Shown: piece after piece, positions 53,791 to 64,000 of the stretch
Position numbering within the stretch: position 1 is the stretch's first letter
Layout of the letters: each line of letters opens with the position of its first letter
Source: Octopus sinensis
Taxonomy: Eukaryota
NCBI RefSeq assembly: GCF_006345805.1
Contig: NC_043013.1
Coordinates: 28,458,001-28,522,000 of the forward strand
Direction: 5' to 3'
Length of the DNA: 64,000 nt
Made by a program: the position numbers and the translations under genes
The notes under the pieces: model-generated
Databases searched by the model: none
The model's input: the letters and a program-made list of their open reading frames with translations, nothing else
What the model was told of the DNA's origin: nothing

Positions 53791-55499
53791 GAAAGGGAGA
53801 AAGAGGGTGAAATGTCTTCAAATGTTTTATTGGAAAATTAATTTAAAAATGCATTTGAATAAATAGTTTGTATTTTCCTATTTTTGGTGGGGAGGGAAAA
53901 ATAAAGAAACTATAATATAAAGATATTTGAAATTCTCCAGATTGGGTTATGATATGGTATGTTATTGGAAATAAATATATAACTAAGTAAACAAACAAAC
54001 AGCATCAACAAAAACTAAACAAAAGAAAAAGAACACCATTACCTTTTAAAAGATTTAAACAACACCAACAGATTCAACAATGGGGGGAAAAAAATGAACA
54101 AAAATACGTGGAAGATGGAAAGATTAAATCAGAGTCTTCTTTCAATTTAAGCATCCTTTAGCATCCATTGACTCTGGAGTAAATCAATGATACTGTTTAC
54201 ACCAGTAAATGATCAATTTCATGTTTCTCTGCTTGTTGTCTTCACTGCTATTACTGAATCCAGCAGGGATATTTCATAAGCATTTCTGCATAAAACAGCC
54301 ATATTATTATTATTATTACTATTATTATATGCAGCTTTAGTCAGCCATCTTGCTTATCTTTTCTCTCTCTGCCTCTTCAAATTAAAGAGAAATTTCATTA
54401 TATTTTATTTTATACTTTTTGTGGAAAAAAATTTGGAAGGGACTTATTTTATTTCTTTTATTGTTTTATTTTAGAAATATTTTATGTAAAAAAAAAACGC
54501 AACTATCTTTTATTTTTTAAATATTTTGTTATAAGTATCTGGGTTTGTTTTCATTCTGAAAAAAAAAAAATCCTATTTTCTTGTATTTAGAATTACTGTT
54601 ATGATAGGGGCTTACTGTCATTTGCTGAAAATGATTTTTTTTTTTTTCATTTTCATCATATTAAGTTGCTTGCTGCTGTTATTATTAATGGAGAAGCAAG
54701 CTAACATACCTTGTCAATTTTATTTCTTCAAATATTTACATGGAGTTAGAGGAGGAGAACCCTCCAAAATCAATCAAACAAAAATTCGAGTTTTGACAGA
54801 TAAATGTCAGGATAACCTTGTTAGTAAATAAAATAAAGTTAGTTTTTGGACATTAAGTAAACAAATTCAATATCAGTTTACTTCTTCTATCTACATAATA
54901 ATATTGTTTTTCTTTTCACTCACAACTCAAAAACTCATCTGACCTTTGCTTCAGTTTTTCAGTCTGTTTGTAGGCTTTATTTTCTGCCTTTGTTTTTCTC
55001 TTTTTTTTTTGAGCAAATTTCTTTCTGTTAAATATGGATCCAACTTCGCTAATATTTAACAGCTGACACAATAACCTCCCAAAAGAACACTTCTACTTGT
55101 TGTTTTAGCCAGAGATTGTGGCCATGCTGGGGCATTGCCATAAATAACAATGCTTTGGCCAGGAACAGTCTTGCATATATTTTTTTCTTAAATGGTCTAG
55201 ACACAAAGATACTGAGTAAAGTATAACACCTCTTTGAAAATAAGCTGTTATGTAGCCCCAGGTCAGCTCTAATTGAGTAGACTTATGATAAAAGACATTC
55301 CAGTCTTATGATAAAAGACATTCCAGTCATGATAAAAGACATTCCAGTCATGACTATCCTGCCTTTTTTCCTATATGTAGGAAACCTAGGATTTCATTCT
55401 TCATATCCCCCTTTTTTATGTTTAAGACAGAAGAAGGTAATTTAAGGAAGATCTAGCTGCCATTTCTCATTTTTTTATTTAGCTGGGTAATGATTCTAT

Positions 55500-55940
55500 C
55501 TGCATGGACCCCAAATATCCAAAGAAATGTTAAAGATATGCTTATCAAATATACAAAAATTAATTTCCATTGAATGGGTTCACTGCTGAATATTGCAAGG
55601 CATGGATGAGAAAAGGACTGAGACATTGGTCCTTTAAAGAAAATTTTCCCAGTCACTCTGCATGTGGAGAAGTTTAAGTATCTTGAGACTGTATTCACTA
55701 GTTGTTGAGGCGGATGCCTCCAGGCAAGAAGTGGGCTGGTCCACTGCTAATAAATGGTGGACTGTCACAGTCAGTAAGGTCGGTTGGCGAAGGTACACAG
55801 TTTGGATCAGTCCTGTAGAGATGGCGAAATACGTTGTCATCATGGGACATATCAGTGGCGATGAAGGTTTGGACAGTATCGCCACTGGGACATATCACAA
55901 GTAATGGAAGGCAAGAGGTTGAATTGGATGCTAGAATTGT
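55500..55940 (+). mobile_element. LINE relics; Expander-like piece split by a 197-bp insert
   Basis: gtggagaagtttaagtatcttgagactgtattcac (~55664-55698) resumes as agtaatggaaggcaagaggttgaattggatgctagaatt (55900-55938), collinear with 48960-49035. Confidence 0.55.
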
Positions 55941-55946
55941 ATGTGT

Positions 55947-55981
<35 letters not shown>

Positions 55982-56337
55982 CATGCATTACTGTCTCATT
56001 CTCTTGGCGTTGCATGATAATTGTAAATGAATGTTACTGTCATACAAGCAGTGTCATTCATTTCTAATCTTTCAAGAAAATATACCTGGTCATGGGGAAA
56101 TATTACCTTATTCAGATACAGGTGAGGGTTGGCAACTGGAAAGGCATCTGACTGTAGAAGATTCAGCTCAATGAATCCCATGGAAAAGTGGACATTAAAA
56201 TGATAATGGTTTACTGTGTTGCAGCTTCAGTAAGTGTCTTCTTCTATAGCCATGACCTGACCAAAGCCTTGTGTACAGATCTGTTTGATGGAACTGACAG
56301 GAGACCATCGCACACGCACACATGCATGTCTGTGTAT

Positions 56338-56401
<64 letters not shown>

Positions 56402-56416
56402 ATATCTATCTATCTA

Positions 56417-56458
<42 letters not shown>

Positions 56459-56527
56459 ATATATATACATACATATATACATATATATACATTGCTTTAT
56501 TTAAAAGCAGCAGAAATATAACAAAAG

Positions 56528-56565
56528 CTGTTACTCAGAGTTTCATGTTCCTGTTCATCGGACAA
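56528..56565 (-). ncRNA. Degenerate hammerhead motif in a PLE-like fragment next to (TA)n
   Basis: Reverse complement TTGT-CCGATGA-acaggaacat-GAAA-CTC(T)GAG-TA-ACAG: stems I and III pair; stem II and one core base are altered. Confidence 0.55.
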
Positions 56566-56805
56566 TTTTGTTAAAATAGAACAGAAATAACAAGTTGATC
56601 AAAACTAGTTAAAGGATACACCTTTAAAAATGGATTTGTTTCATTGGTCCTTTCAAATAACGGTCTTAAGCATGTGATAAACAAAATAAATGAATTCAAT
56701 ATAAATTATTAAAAAATCGAGGAAAAACCTTAAATCGAAGAGCGGATTCAAAATACATTTTGTCATTAATTATATAGAAAATATAATTTGATTAATACAA
56801 TTAAC

Positions 56806-57074
56806 ACATATACATATATTGTTGCTATTATGCAAAAGTGTTGTAAGCCCAAAATATTGCTTTCTCAGAAAACAAAAAAAATAGTTTCACCCTTCCATAG
56901 CAAAGGTGTTGTACTACACTTTGCCAATTTTTGATATCTTGGCATTTAAAGCAGCTGGAGACACGATAGTTTGACCAAAAGAATTGGCTATTGCAAGCAA
57001 AAATATTGAAAAAACGCATTTGGCCAAATTTGGACATACGACACTTTAACATAATAGCAACTATATGTATATGT
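56806..57074. mobile_element. MITE-like element with ~30-bp imperfect terminal inverted repeats
   Basis: acatatacatatattgttgctattatgcaaaagtg versus cactttaacataatagcaactatatgtatatgt. Confidence 0.55.
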
Positions 57075-57549
57075 CCTTCCCACTGATCATTTCTCTTTTC
57101 TCATCTCCCCTCTCCCATTGAATGTGGATAGCTGTGCACATCCTCTACAAGAATTTGCTCCAAGCCCTCCCTTTTCTCATACCTTAATCCTTCATGTCCT
57201 AGTATGAAACTAGCCCTTCTTACCTCCCTCAGAATTCAAAGTTCTGCAAACAGTATGGCAACCTCAATAATGCAGGTGGCATGAAAAAAGCACTTGCATG
57301 CTGTAAGGTAGTTTGTGTTAGGAAGGGAAACCATGTCAAAATAGACTCTGGAGCACAATACAGTCCTTAGATTCATTAGAGCTTGTCAAACTGTTCTACC
57401 CAGGCCAGCATGAGACATGGACATTTAATGAGGATCACACACACACACATATATATATAGGGAGAATTCACGAAAAAAGCAAAAGATGAAGACAGGTGGT
57501 GTAGAAAACAAACAGATGTATTAGTATCACACTCGGGAATTGAAAAAGT

Positions 57550-57585
57550 CTTTTACATTTCGAGCCTATGCTCTTCCACAGAAGG
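57550..57585 (-). ncRNA. Degenerate hammerhead motif in a PLE-like fragment (57460-57640) within (TA)n
   Basis: Reverse complement CCTT-CTGTGGA-A-GAGC(atag)GCTC-GAAA-TGTA-AAAG; same architecture as 2505-2539 with a mutated core. Confidence 0.55.
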
Positions 57586-57636
57586 GAACACAGAAAGAAA
57601 CAAGGAGAGAATAAAATTGTGTGTGGTGGCTACTGA

Positions 57637-57680
<44 letters not shown>

Positions 57681-57859
57681 TATATAATGGTTGGCATTTG
57701 GAAGGAGATCCAGCTGTAGAAACCATGCCAAAACAGACAGGGAGCCTAAACAGCCCTTCAGCTGGTCAACTCCTATCAAACTGTCCAACCTATGGAAAAT
57801 GGATGTTAAATGATGGTGATGATGACATATATCTATCATACATACATACACGCATGCAT

Positions 57860-57893
<34 letters not shown>

Positions 57894-58653
57894 TACTCTT
57901 CTACAAATTCAATGTCCTTGTGCGCCTTTGTTAAAAATCTCTCTATATGAGATAAAGAACAGGTTGAAACAGATCTGACTGGGTTAAAACATAATACCTC
58001 TTCCACTACAACACACCATCACCTTCTCACAGTAATTTTGCCTTTCTGACATGTGTAAACAGTGATATCTCCCCTGTATTGACTATTACTGCCAACAAGC
58101 ATTAATAAATATTGCAGACAAGCATCAAAATATAACTCAAGAGTCAGATAAATCACAACAGCCATGTATTATATACCCATTAGTGCTAACAAGTTAAGTG
58201 CCTTAACCAAATAGATTTATCATAGCAGCAGTAATGGATATTCAAATATTTTGAATATGTAATGAAGATATATCAAAGTCTTGTGTTTATATATTTAAAA
58301 TATTTTAAAAATAATGTGGAAGAGGAGAAATTTACTGAAGAGAAGAAAGAATGCTCTGTAATCTGTTGGTTCTTGTTGTATCTTGGGAGGGTCATTGTGT
58401 CAATAATAAACACATCCACTGGTTCAATTTCACTTCTTTATTATTGGTCAGTTGCTTTGTTATTTAACCAACTAGTTAATTGATTACATGGTTAACTGTT
58501 AGTGTTATGACCTACCCAAGATTAAAAAAATATGTTTCAGCATATGAGTTCACATCAAGAATCTTACAAACCAAATTCAAAAACAAACTATTATATCCTG
58601 TTGGGCACTAAATTCACTACAGGTTCTACCATTCAAACAATATTTTAGAATCT

Positions 58654-58875
58654 AAAGGCGATGAGCTGGCAGAAGCGTTAGTACGCCGGGTGAAATTCTT
58701 AGCAGTATTTCGTCTGTTTTTACATCCTGAGTTCAATTTCTGCCAAGGTTGACTTTGCCTTTCATCCTTTTGGGGGTCAATAAATTAAGTACCAGTTGCA
58801 TACTGGGGTTGATCTAATTGACTGCCTCTACCACCCAAATTTTGGGCTTTGTGCTTAGAGTAGAAAAGAATATTT
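58654..58875 (+). mobile_element. tRNA-derived SINE family B with Nin/Deu-like central domain (others at ~14120-14332 -, 15235-15400 -, 33190-33980 - cluster, 36780-36985 -, 63375-63590 +, 63655-63855 +)
   Basis: gagctggcagaa..gttag head, gagttcaa B-box, central gactttgcctttcatcctttNggggtcNataaattaagtaccag, which resembles the Nin/Deu SINE domain from memory. Confidence 0.75.
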
Positions 58876-59156
58876 TAAAATGTAAAGTTTCCATGTTTTT
58901 TAAATGAAATTTATAGAATTTTTGTTTCCAGAACAAAATGGATGCAACACCTTTGTTTAAGAGCATTAAAGTGTTGGTGTGGTGTTAAAGTAGTAGCCCC
59001 TTACCCAAAGTGTCACAGTGAGTAAGGTAAACCTGGGAATTGAAACTAGTGTATCACAAGCTTACATCTTTCTGTATGATACTCATCACTATTTCTATTG
59101 TTGAAATTAAATGTCATTCTTATTTTATTCCATTTTTTTGCACCCATTTTCATTGC

Positions 59157-60650
59157 TGGAAGATTGATGGTGGTGTAGATTGATAGTGGTGTAGATTGAT
59201 GGAAGTGTAGATTGATGGAAGTGTAGATTGATGAACATGTAGATTGATGGTGGTGTAGATTGATGGTGGTGTAGATTGATGGTGGTGTAGATTGATGGTG
59301 GTGTAGCTTGATGGAAGTGTAGATTGATGGTGGTGTAGATTGATGGAAGTGTAGATTGATAGACATGTAGATTGATGGATGTGTAGATTGATGGTGGTGT
59401 AGATTGATGGAAGTGTAGATTGATGGTGGTGTAGATTGATGGGTGTGTAGATTGATAGACATGTAGATTGATGGTGGTGTAGATTGATGGTGGTGTAGAT
59501 TGATGGTGGTGTAGATTGATGGTGGTTTAGATTGATGGAAGTGTAGATTGATGAAAGTGTAGATTGATGGAAGTGTAGATTGATGGAAGTGTAGATTGAT
59601 AGGCATGTAGATTGATGGACATGTAGATTGATGGAAGTGTAGATTGATGGTGGTTTAGATTGATGGAAGTGTAGATTGATGGTGGTGTAGATTGATGGGT
59701 GTGTAGATTGATAGACATGTAGATTGATGGTGGTGTAGATTGATGGTGGTGTAGATTGATGGAAGTGTAGATTGATGGTGGTGTAGCTTGATGGAAGTGT
59801 AGATTGATGGTGGTGTAGATTGATGGAAGTGTAGATTGATAGACATGTAGATTGATGGATGTGTAGATTGATGGTGGTGTAGATTGATGGAAGTGTAGAT
59901 TGATGGAAGTGTAGATTGATGGGTGTGTAGATTGATAGACATGTAGATTGATGGTGGTGTAGATTGATGGTGGTGTAGACTGATGGTGGTGTAGATTGAT
60001 GGTGGTTTAGATTGATGGAAGTGTAGATTGATGAAAGTGTAGATTGATGGAAGTGTAGATTGATGGAAGTGTAGATTGATAGGCATGTAGATTGATGGAC
60101 ATGTAGATTGATGGAAGTGTAGATTGATGGTGGTGTAGATTGATGGAAGTGTAGATTGATGGTGGTGTAGATTGATGGGTGTGTAGATTGATAGACATGT
60201 AGATTGATGGTGGTGTAGATTGATGGTGGTGTAGATTGATGGAAGTGTAGATTGATGGTGGTTTAGATGGATGGAAGTGTAGATTGATGAAAGTGTAGAT
60301 TGATGGAAATGTAGATTGATGGTGGTTCAGATTGATGGTGGTGTAGATTGATGGTTCTTTAGATTGATGGAAGTGTAGATTGGTGGTGGTTTAGATTGAT
60401 GGTAATGCAGCTTGATAGTATTGTAGATTGATGGAAGTATAGACTGATAACAAAGTAGATTGAAGGTGGTGCTTATTGATGGTGGTGTAGAGTGATGGCA
60501 GTAAAGATTTGATGACAGTGTAAATTTTCTAGTGGCTGAGACTGATGGTGATGTAGACTGATGGCAACGTAGATTGACAGTGGTTTTTTGACTGATAATA
60601 GTGTAGATTGATGCCAGGGTAGATGGATGGCAGTGTCGATGGATGGTGGT
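59157..60650 (+). repeat. 16-bp satellite (GTAGATTGATGG-tggt/aagt) with a 480-bp higher-order repeat
   Basis: Monomer gtagattgatggtggt; diagnostic variants (gtagcttgat, gatgaaagt, gataggcat) recur exactly 480 bp apart; degenerates after about 60330. Confidence 0.95.
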
Positions 60651-60882
60651 GTGCATAGACTGACTTTATTAGAGTTTCCAGCGGAAGAATTTATATTGCA
60701 GAAATTAAATTGGAAACATAAAATATTCTTTATGCTGCTCATGTCTCTTGGAGTGTGTAGCAACGTTCAGATATGAATGATCTTTCACTGCAGTTAATTT
60801 AAAGAGAAAATCAACTTCCCTGTATTGCAGAAGTAACTATATTCTCTCTTTCTCTCTCTTCTTCTTTCTCTGACACCCTCTC

Positions 60883-60919
<37 letters not shown>

Positions 60920-60928
60920 GTGTGTGTG

Positions 60929-60965
<37 letters not shown>

Positions 60966-61427
60966 ATGCACGCATATGTTAGTTTGAATGTGTATATAGT
61001 GCATAAAGTTATGCTAGTATTCAGAAAGTTAGGAGCTGTGATCATCAACAGACATTGATAGTAGTTAAGAAAGCAAAAGAGAAGACTGAAAATATATATC
61101 AAATGATATACATCACTACAAGTTCTCTGTCTGCTGCCCTTCAAAGGGTTAGCAAATATTTCATAGCATAGGTGCAAGTTGACATTAGTTCTGTTTTTCT
61201 CTTCCTTAAAGAGTGCTTTATGATATAGTTTTCAGATAAACATAAACTGCATTGTCTTCAACTGTTATTGGGTAATATTAGGTAATATGACTTTATTCAA
61301 AATAGACCAAGTGATGTCAGTAGACTAACCTTTATCTTCATTTTGCCAAATGTACTTTGATAGTACTTAGTATTTTCTTTGTGATGGTGTTTGGAACAGC
61401 ATTTTTGTTGCTGTTGTCTACTCTTAA

Positions 61428-61820
61428 TCCTTTTGTTACCATATTTTTCTGTTGAGATGTTCTATGTTTCTTTCAATTAATTTTAAATATAACAAAGAAT
61501 TTAGTAAAATAATATAATTATCATTAAGTTAGTGTTAAGAACATAAATTGTGATGAGGTTTGGTTGGAGATTTTAATTCAAAACTTATGAAAACAAGACA
61601 TTTGTGCTACGGAGCCAGAAGCAGTTTCAGCTGGGTTGGTATTGAAAGGGTTAAATATAACAGAGGAATTTAGTAAAATAATTTTGTTATCATTAAGCTA
61701 GTGTTAGGAACATAAATTGTGACTAAGGTTTGGTGGAAGATTTTACTTAAAAACTTATGAAAGGAAGCTGTTTGTACTACAGAGCCAGAGACGGTTTCAG
61801 CCAGGTTGGTATCGAAAGGG
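61428..61820 (+). mobile_element. piggyBac-like MITE plus a partial second copy
   Basis: Full copy 61428-61650 ending AAAGGG|TTAA; second partial copy starts at the internal ttaaatataac site and ends AAAGGG|TTAA at 61820-61824. Confidence 0.7.
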
Positions 61821-63924
61821 TTAAATGAGATTTTTCTTAGTTTGATGTAAGACAAAATCTACTTTTTTATTTGTGCTGATCTTATCCTCTCCTCTCGGCA
61901 TTGTTTGAATTTTTTCAAAGTGTTGATTGTCCAAGATTATGGTGAGTATTTCCCTTACTTGGGCCGAGAACTGAGTTTTGGTGAATGCCTACCTGTATGT
62001 TAAATTCATCACCATATTCATGGCCAACTCTCACCTTACTGACAGCACCTCTGTACAGGTCTAACAAGACACTCCTCTACTCCTAACTTCCTTAGAAAGG
62101 GCACCAAAACAGTCACAGAAGTCTCATGCAGGGTTTGCCTGGGCTGGCTCCTGTCAAACTGTCCTACCCATGCTAGCATGGAAGGTAGATGTTAGTAGTA
62201 GTAATAGTAGTAGTAGTGGTAGATGATGATGATGAGGAGGAGGAGGAGGAGGAGGAGGAGGAAAAATTGTCAAAAGTGAATAAATCTATTTAAAAATGGC
62301 TACACATTTTTTAGATTCAGGTGCATTTTCAAATCCCAAAACAAGTTCTATATATTTTCTGCATGGGAATACACCTCTTCTTTCCATATGTATATTTATA
62401 TATGTGTGCATGCATGTGTGTATGTGTGTTTATATATGCACACCTATTTTAGCCTTCTCCTCAAACCTTTCACTGTAAAATTAAATTTCATGGTTATTCC
62501 AGTTATACTGTTAAATTGCTACTAAAAATAGAATAGTTATTTTCTCTAAGTCACATCACATAAGTAAACTTGATGTATTTCAGAAACCAGTTTCAAACAC
62601 GACATTCCTCAACAGAAGACAGATTCATATACAAAACTGCTTTACACACATTCTGCAGTAAAAAGGGTTAAGAGCTGTTTCTAAGTTCGCCAAATTGCCA
62701 TTACAGTTTCATCTAACAGTGGAAATTGAGCATTGATTAGAGGTCTTCTTCGTTGAGAGAAGTGAGGAAGCCATTGCATAAATAGGCAAACAGACCCGTT
62801 ATGCAGTATAAGGATTGTTTATTAGTAGGCACAGATATTTCTTTAACTGGAGTTAAATGCAATGGATCAAAGTGCAATTTGTTAGGCTAATTTGATAATC
62901 CAGAATACAGATAGATTTAGCTGAAAATTTATGCTTGTTATTATTCTGTGTCATACTGGAAGTAGGAATTTATATGCATTTTTATTATGTTCATCAATGG
63001 TGTGACTACATATAGTGATATCATCTAGATAGGCGTACATGCCTTTCAACTTGTTTTTATGAATACGATGGCCTATAATTTTGTCAGAAACATGCAACCC
63101 CTTTATAAAGTGAAATCAATATGTTTAAACTGAAACAATTAACCAGTGACCTTGAATATTTTAAACACTTATACCATCAGAAAGCAGCATAATACAGTGG
63201 TGTGTGTGTGTGATGTAAATTGACGGTTGTAACCGTTTTTGTAGAAAAGACTCTTCTAGTTGACTAAATGATCTGAGTTGATCAGCAGCTAAGTACCTAA
63301 TGATGTGAATTCGTTATTAGTGTCAGAGCAGCCAACTACTGACTTGTCGACATTAATGATATGAGTTAAGGTGACAAGATGGCACAGTTGTTTGCACACC
63401 AGGCAAAATGCTTAGCAGCATTTCATCTGTCCTTACGTTTTGAGTTCAAATTTTGCCGAGGTCAATTTTGCCTTTCTTCCTTTCGGGGCTGATAAATTAA
63501 GTAACAGTTGAGTGCTGGGGTCGATGTAATTGACTAGTCCTCTTCCTCCAAATTTCAAGCCTTGTACCTATAGTAGAAAGGATTATTAGTGTCAGAGTAG
63601 CCAACTGCCCACCTGCTTTTGCTGTTAACATTAACAATGGGAATGATACATCAACGTGGTAGAATCAGTAACATGTCAGCCAAAATGCTTAGAGGCATTT
63701 CGTCTGTCTTGATGTTCTGAGTTCAAATTCTGCTGAGGTTAATGTTGCCTTTCATCCTTTTGGGGTTGATAAAATATGTACACTTGAGCACTGGGGTCAA
63801 TGTAATCAACTTAATCTTTCCTCTGAAATTGCTGGCTTTGTGCCAAAATTTGAAAGTAACATTAATGATGTGATTTTATCCTTGCTAGATGTGTATATGT
63901 GTGTGTATATGTGTGTGTGTAGGG

Positions 63925-64000
63925 TAGCGTTTCTCAATTGGGGTTCTCCGGAACCCTAGGGTTCCACAAAAGGTTCCTAGGGGTTCTGCAAGAAAGAGTG
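63925..64000 (+). mobile_element. Left end of a hAT-like MITE truncated by the window edge
   Basis: tagcgtttctcaattggggttctccggaaccctagggttcc resembles CAGTGTTTCTCAA-type termini with an internal ggaaccctagggttcc palindrome. Confidence 0.4.

Noticed and set aside
59046-60656. Repetitive ORFs (INLHHHQSTPPSIYT...)
   Set aside because: They arise from the 16-bp satellite; the period is not a multiple of 3, so all frames cycle through the same peptide.

Overview
AT-rich eukaryotic genomic DNA, almost all intronic or intergenic, dense in (AT)n/(AC)n/(CAT)n/(AAT)n/(ATAG)n microsatellites, tRNA-derived SINEs, decayed RTE-clade LINE fragments and small DNA-transposon relics. The repeat content resembles an octopus/coleoid cephalopod genome (inference from pattern recognition, not a search). 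Nearly all ORFs in the supplied track are microsatellite or repeat artefacts. The only protein-coding segment I recognise is one 129-bp + strand exon (24041-24169) of the alanyl-tRNA editing protein AARSD1/AlaXp. The main hidden structure is nine minimal hammerhead-ribozyme motifs (two with intact consensus, seven variant or degenerate) from about five Penelope-like retroelement (PLE) terminal-repeat families. Most lie in (TA)n arrays, and three insertions are fold-back palindromes with one hammerhead motif on each strand. Also present: a 1010-bp near-perfect tandem duplication, a 16-bp satellite with a 480-bp higher-order repeat, nested insertions, an 83-nt hairpin and several unverified orphan exon candidates.
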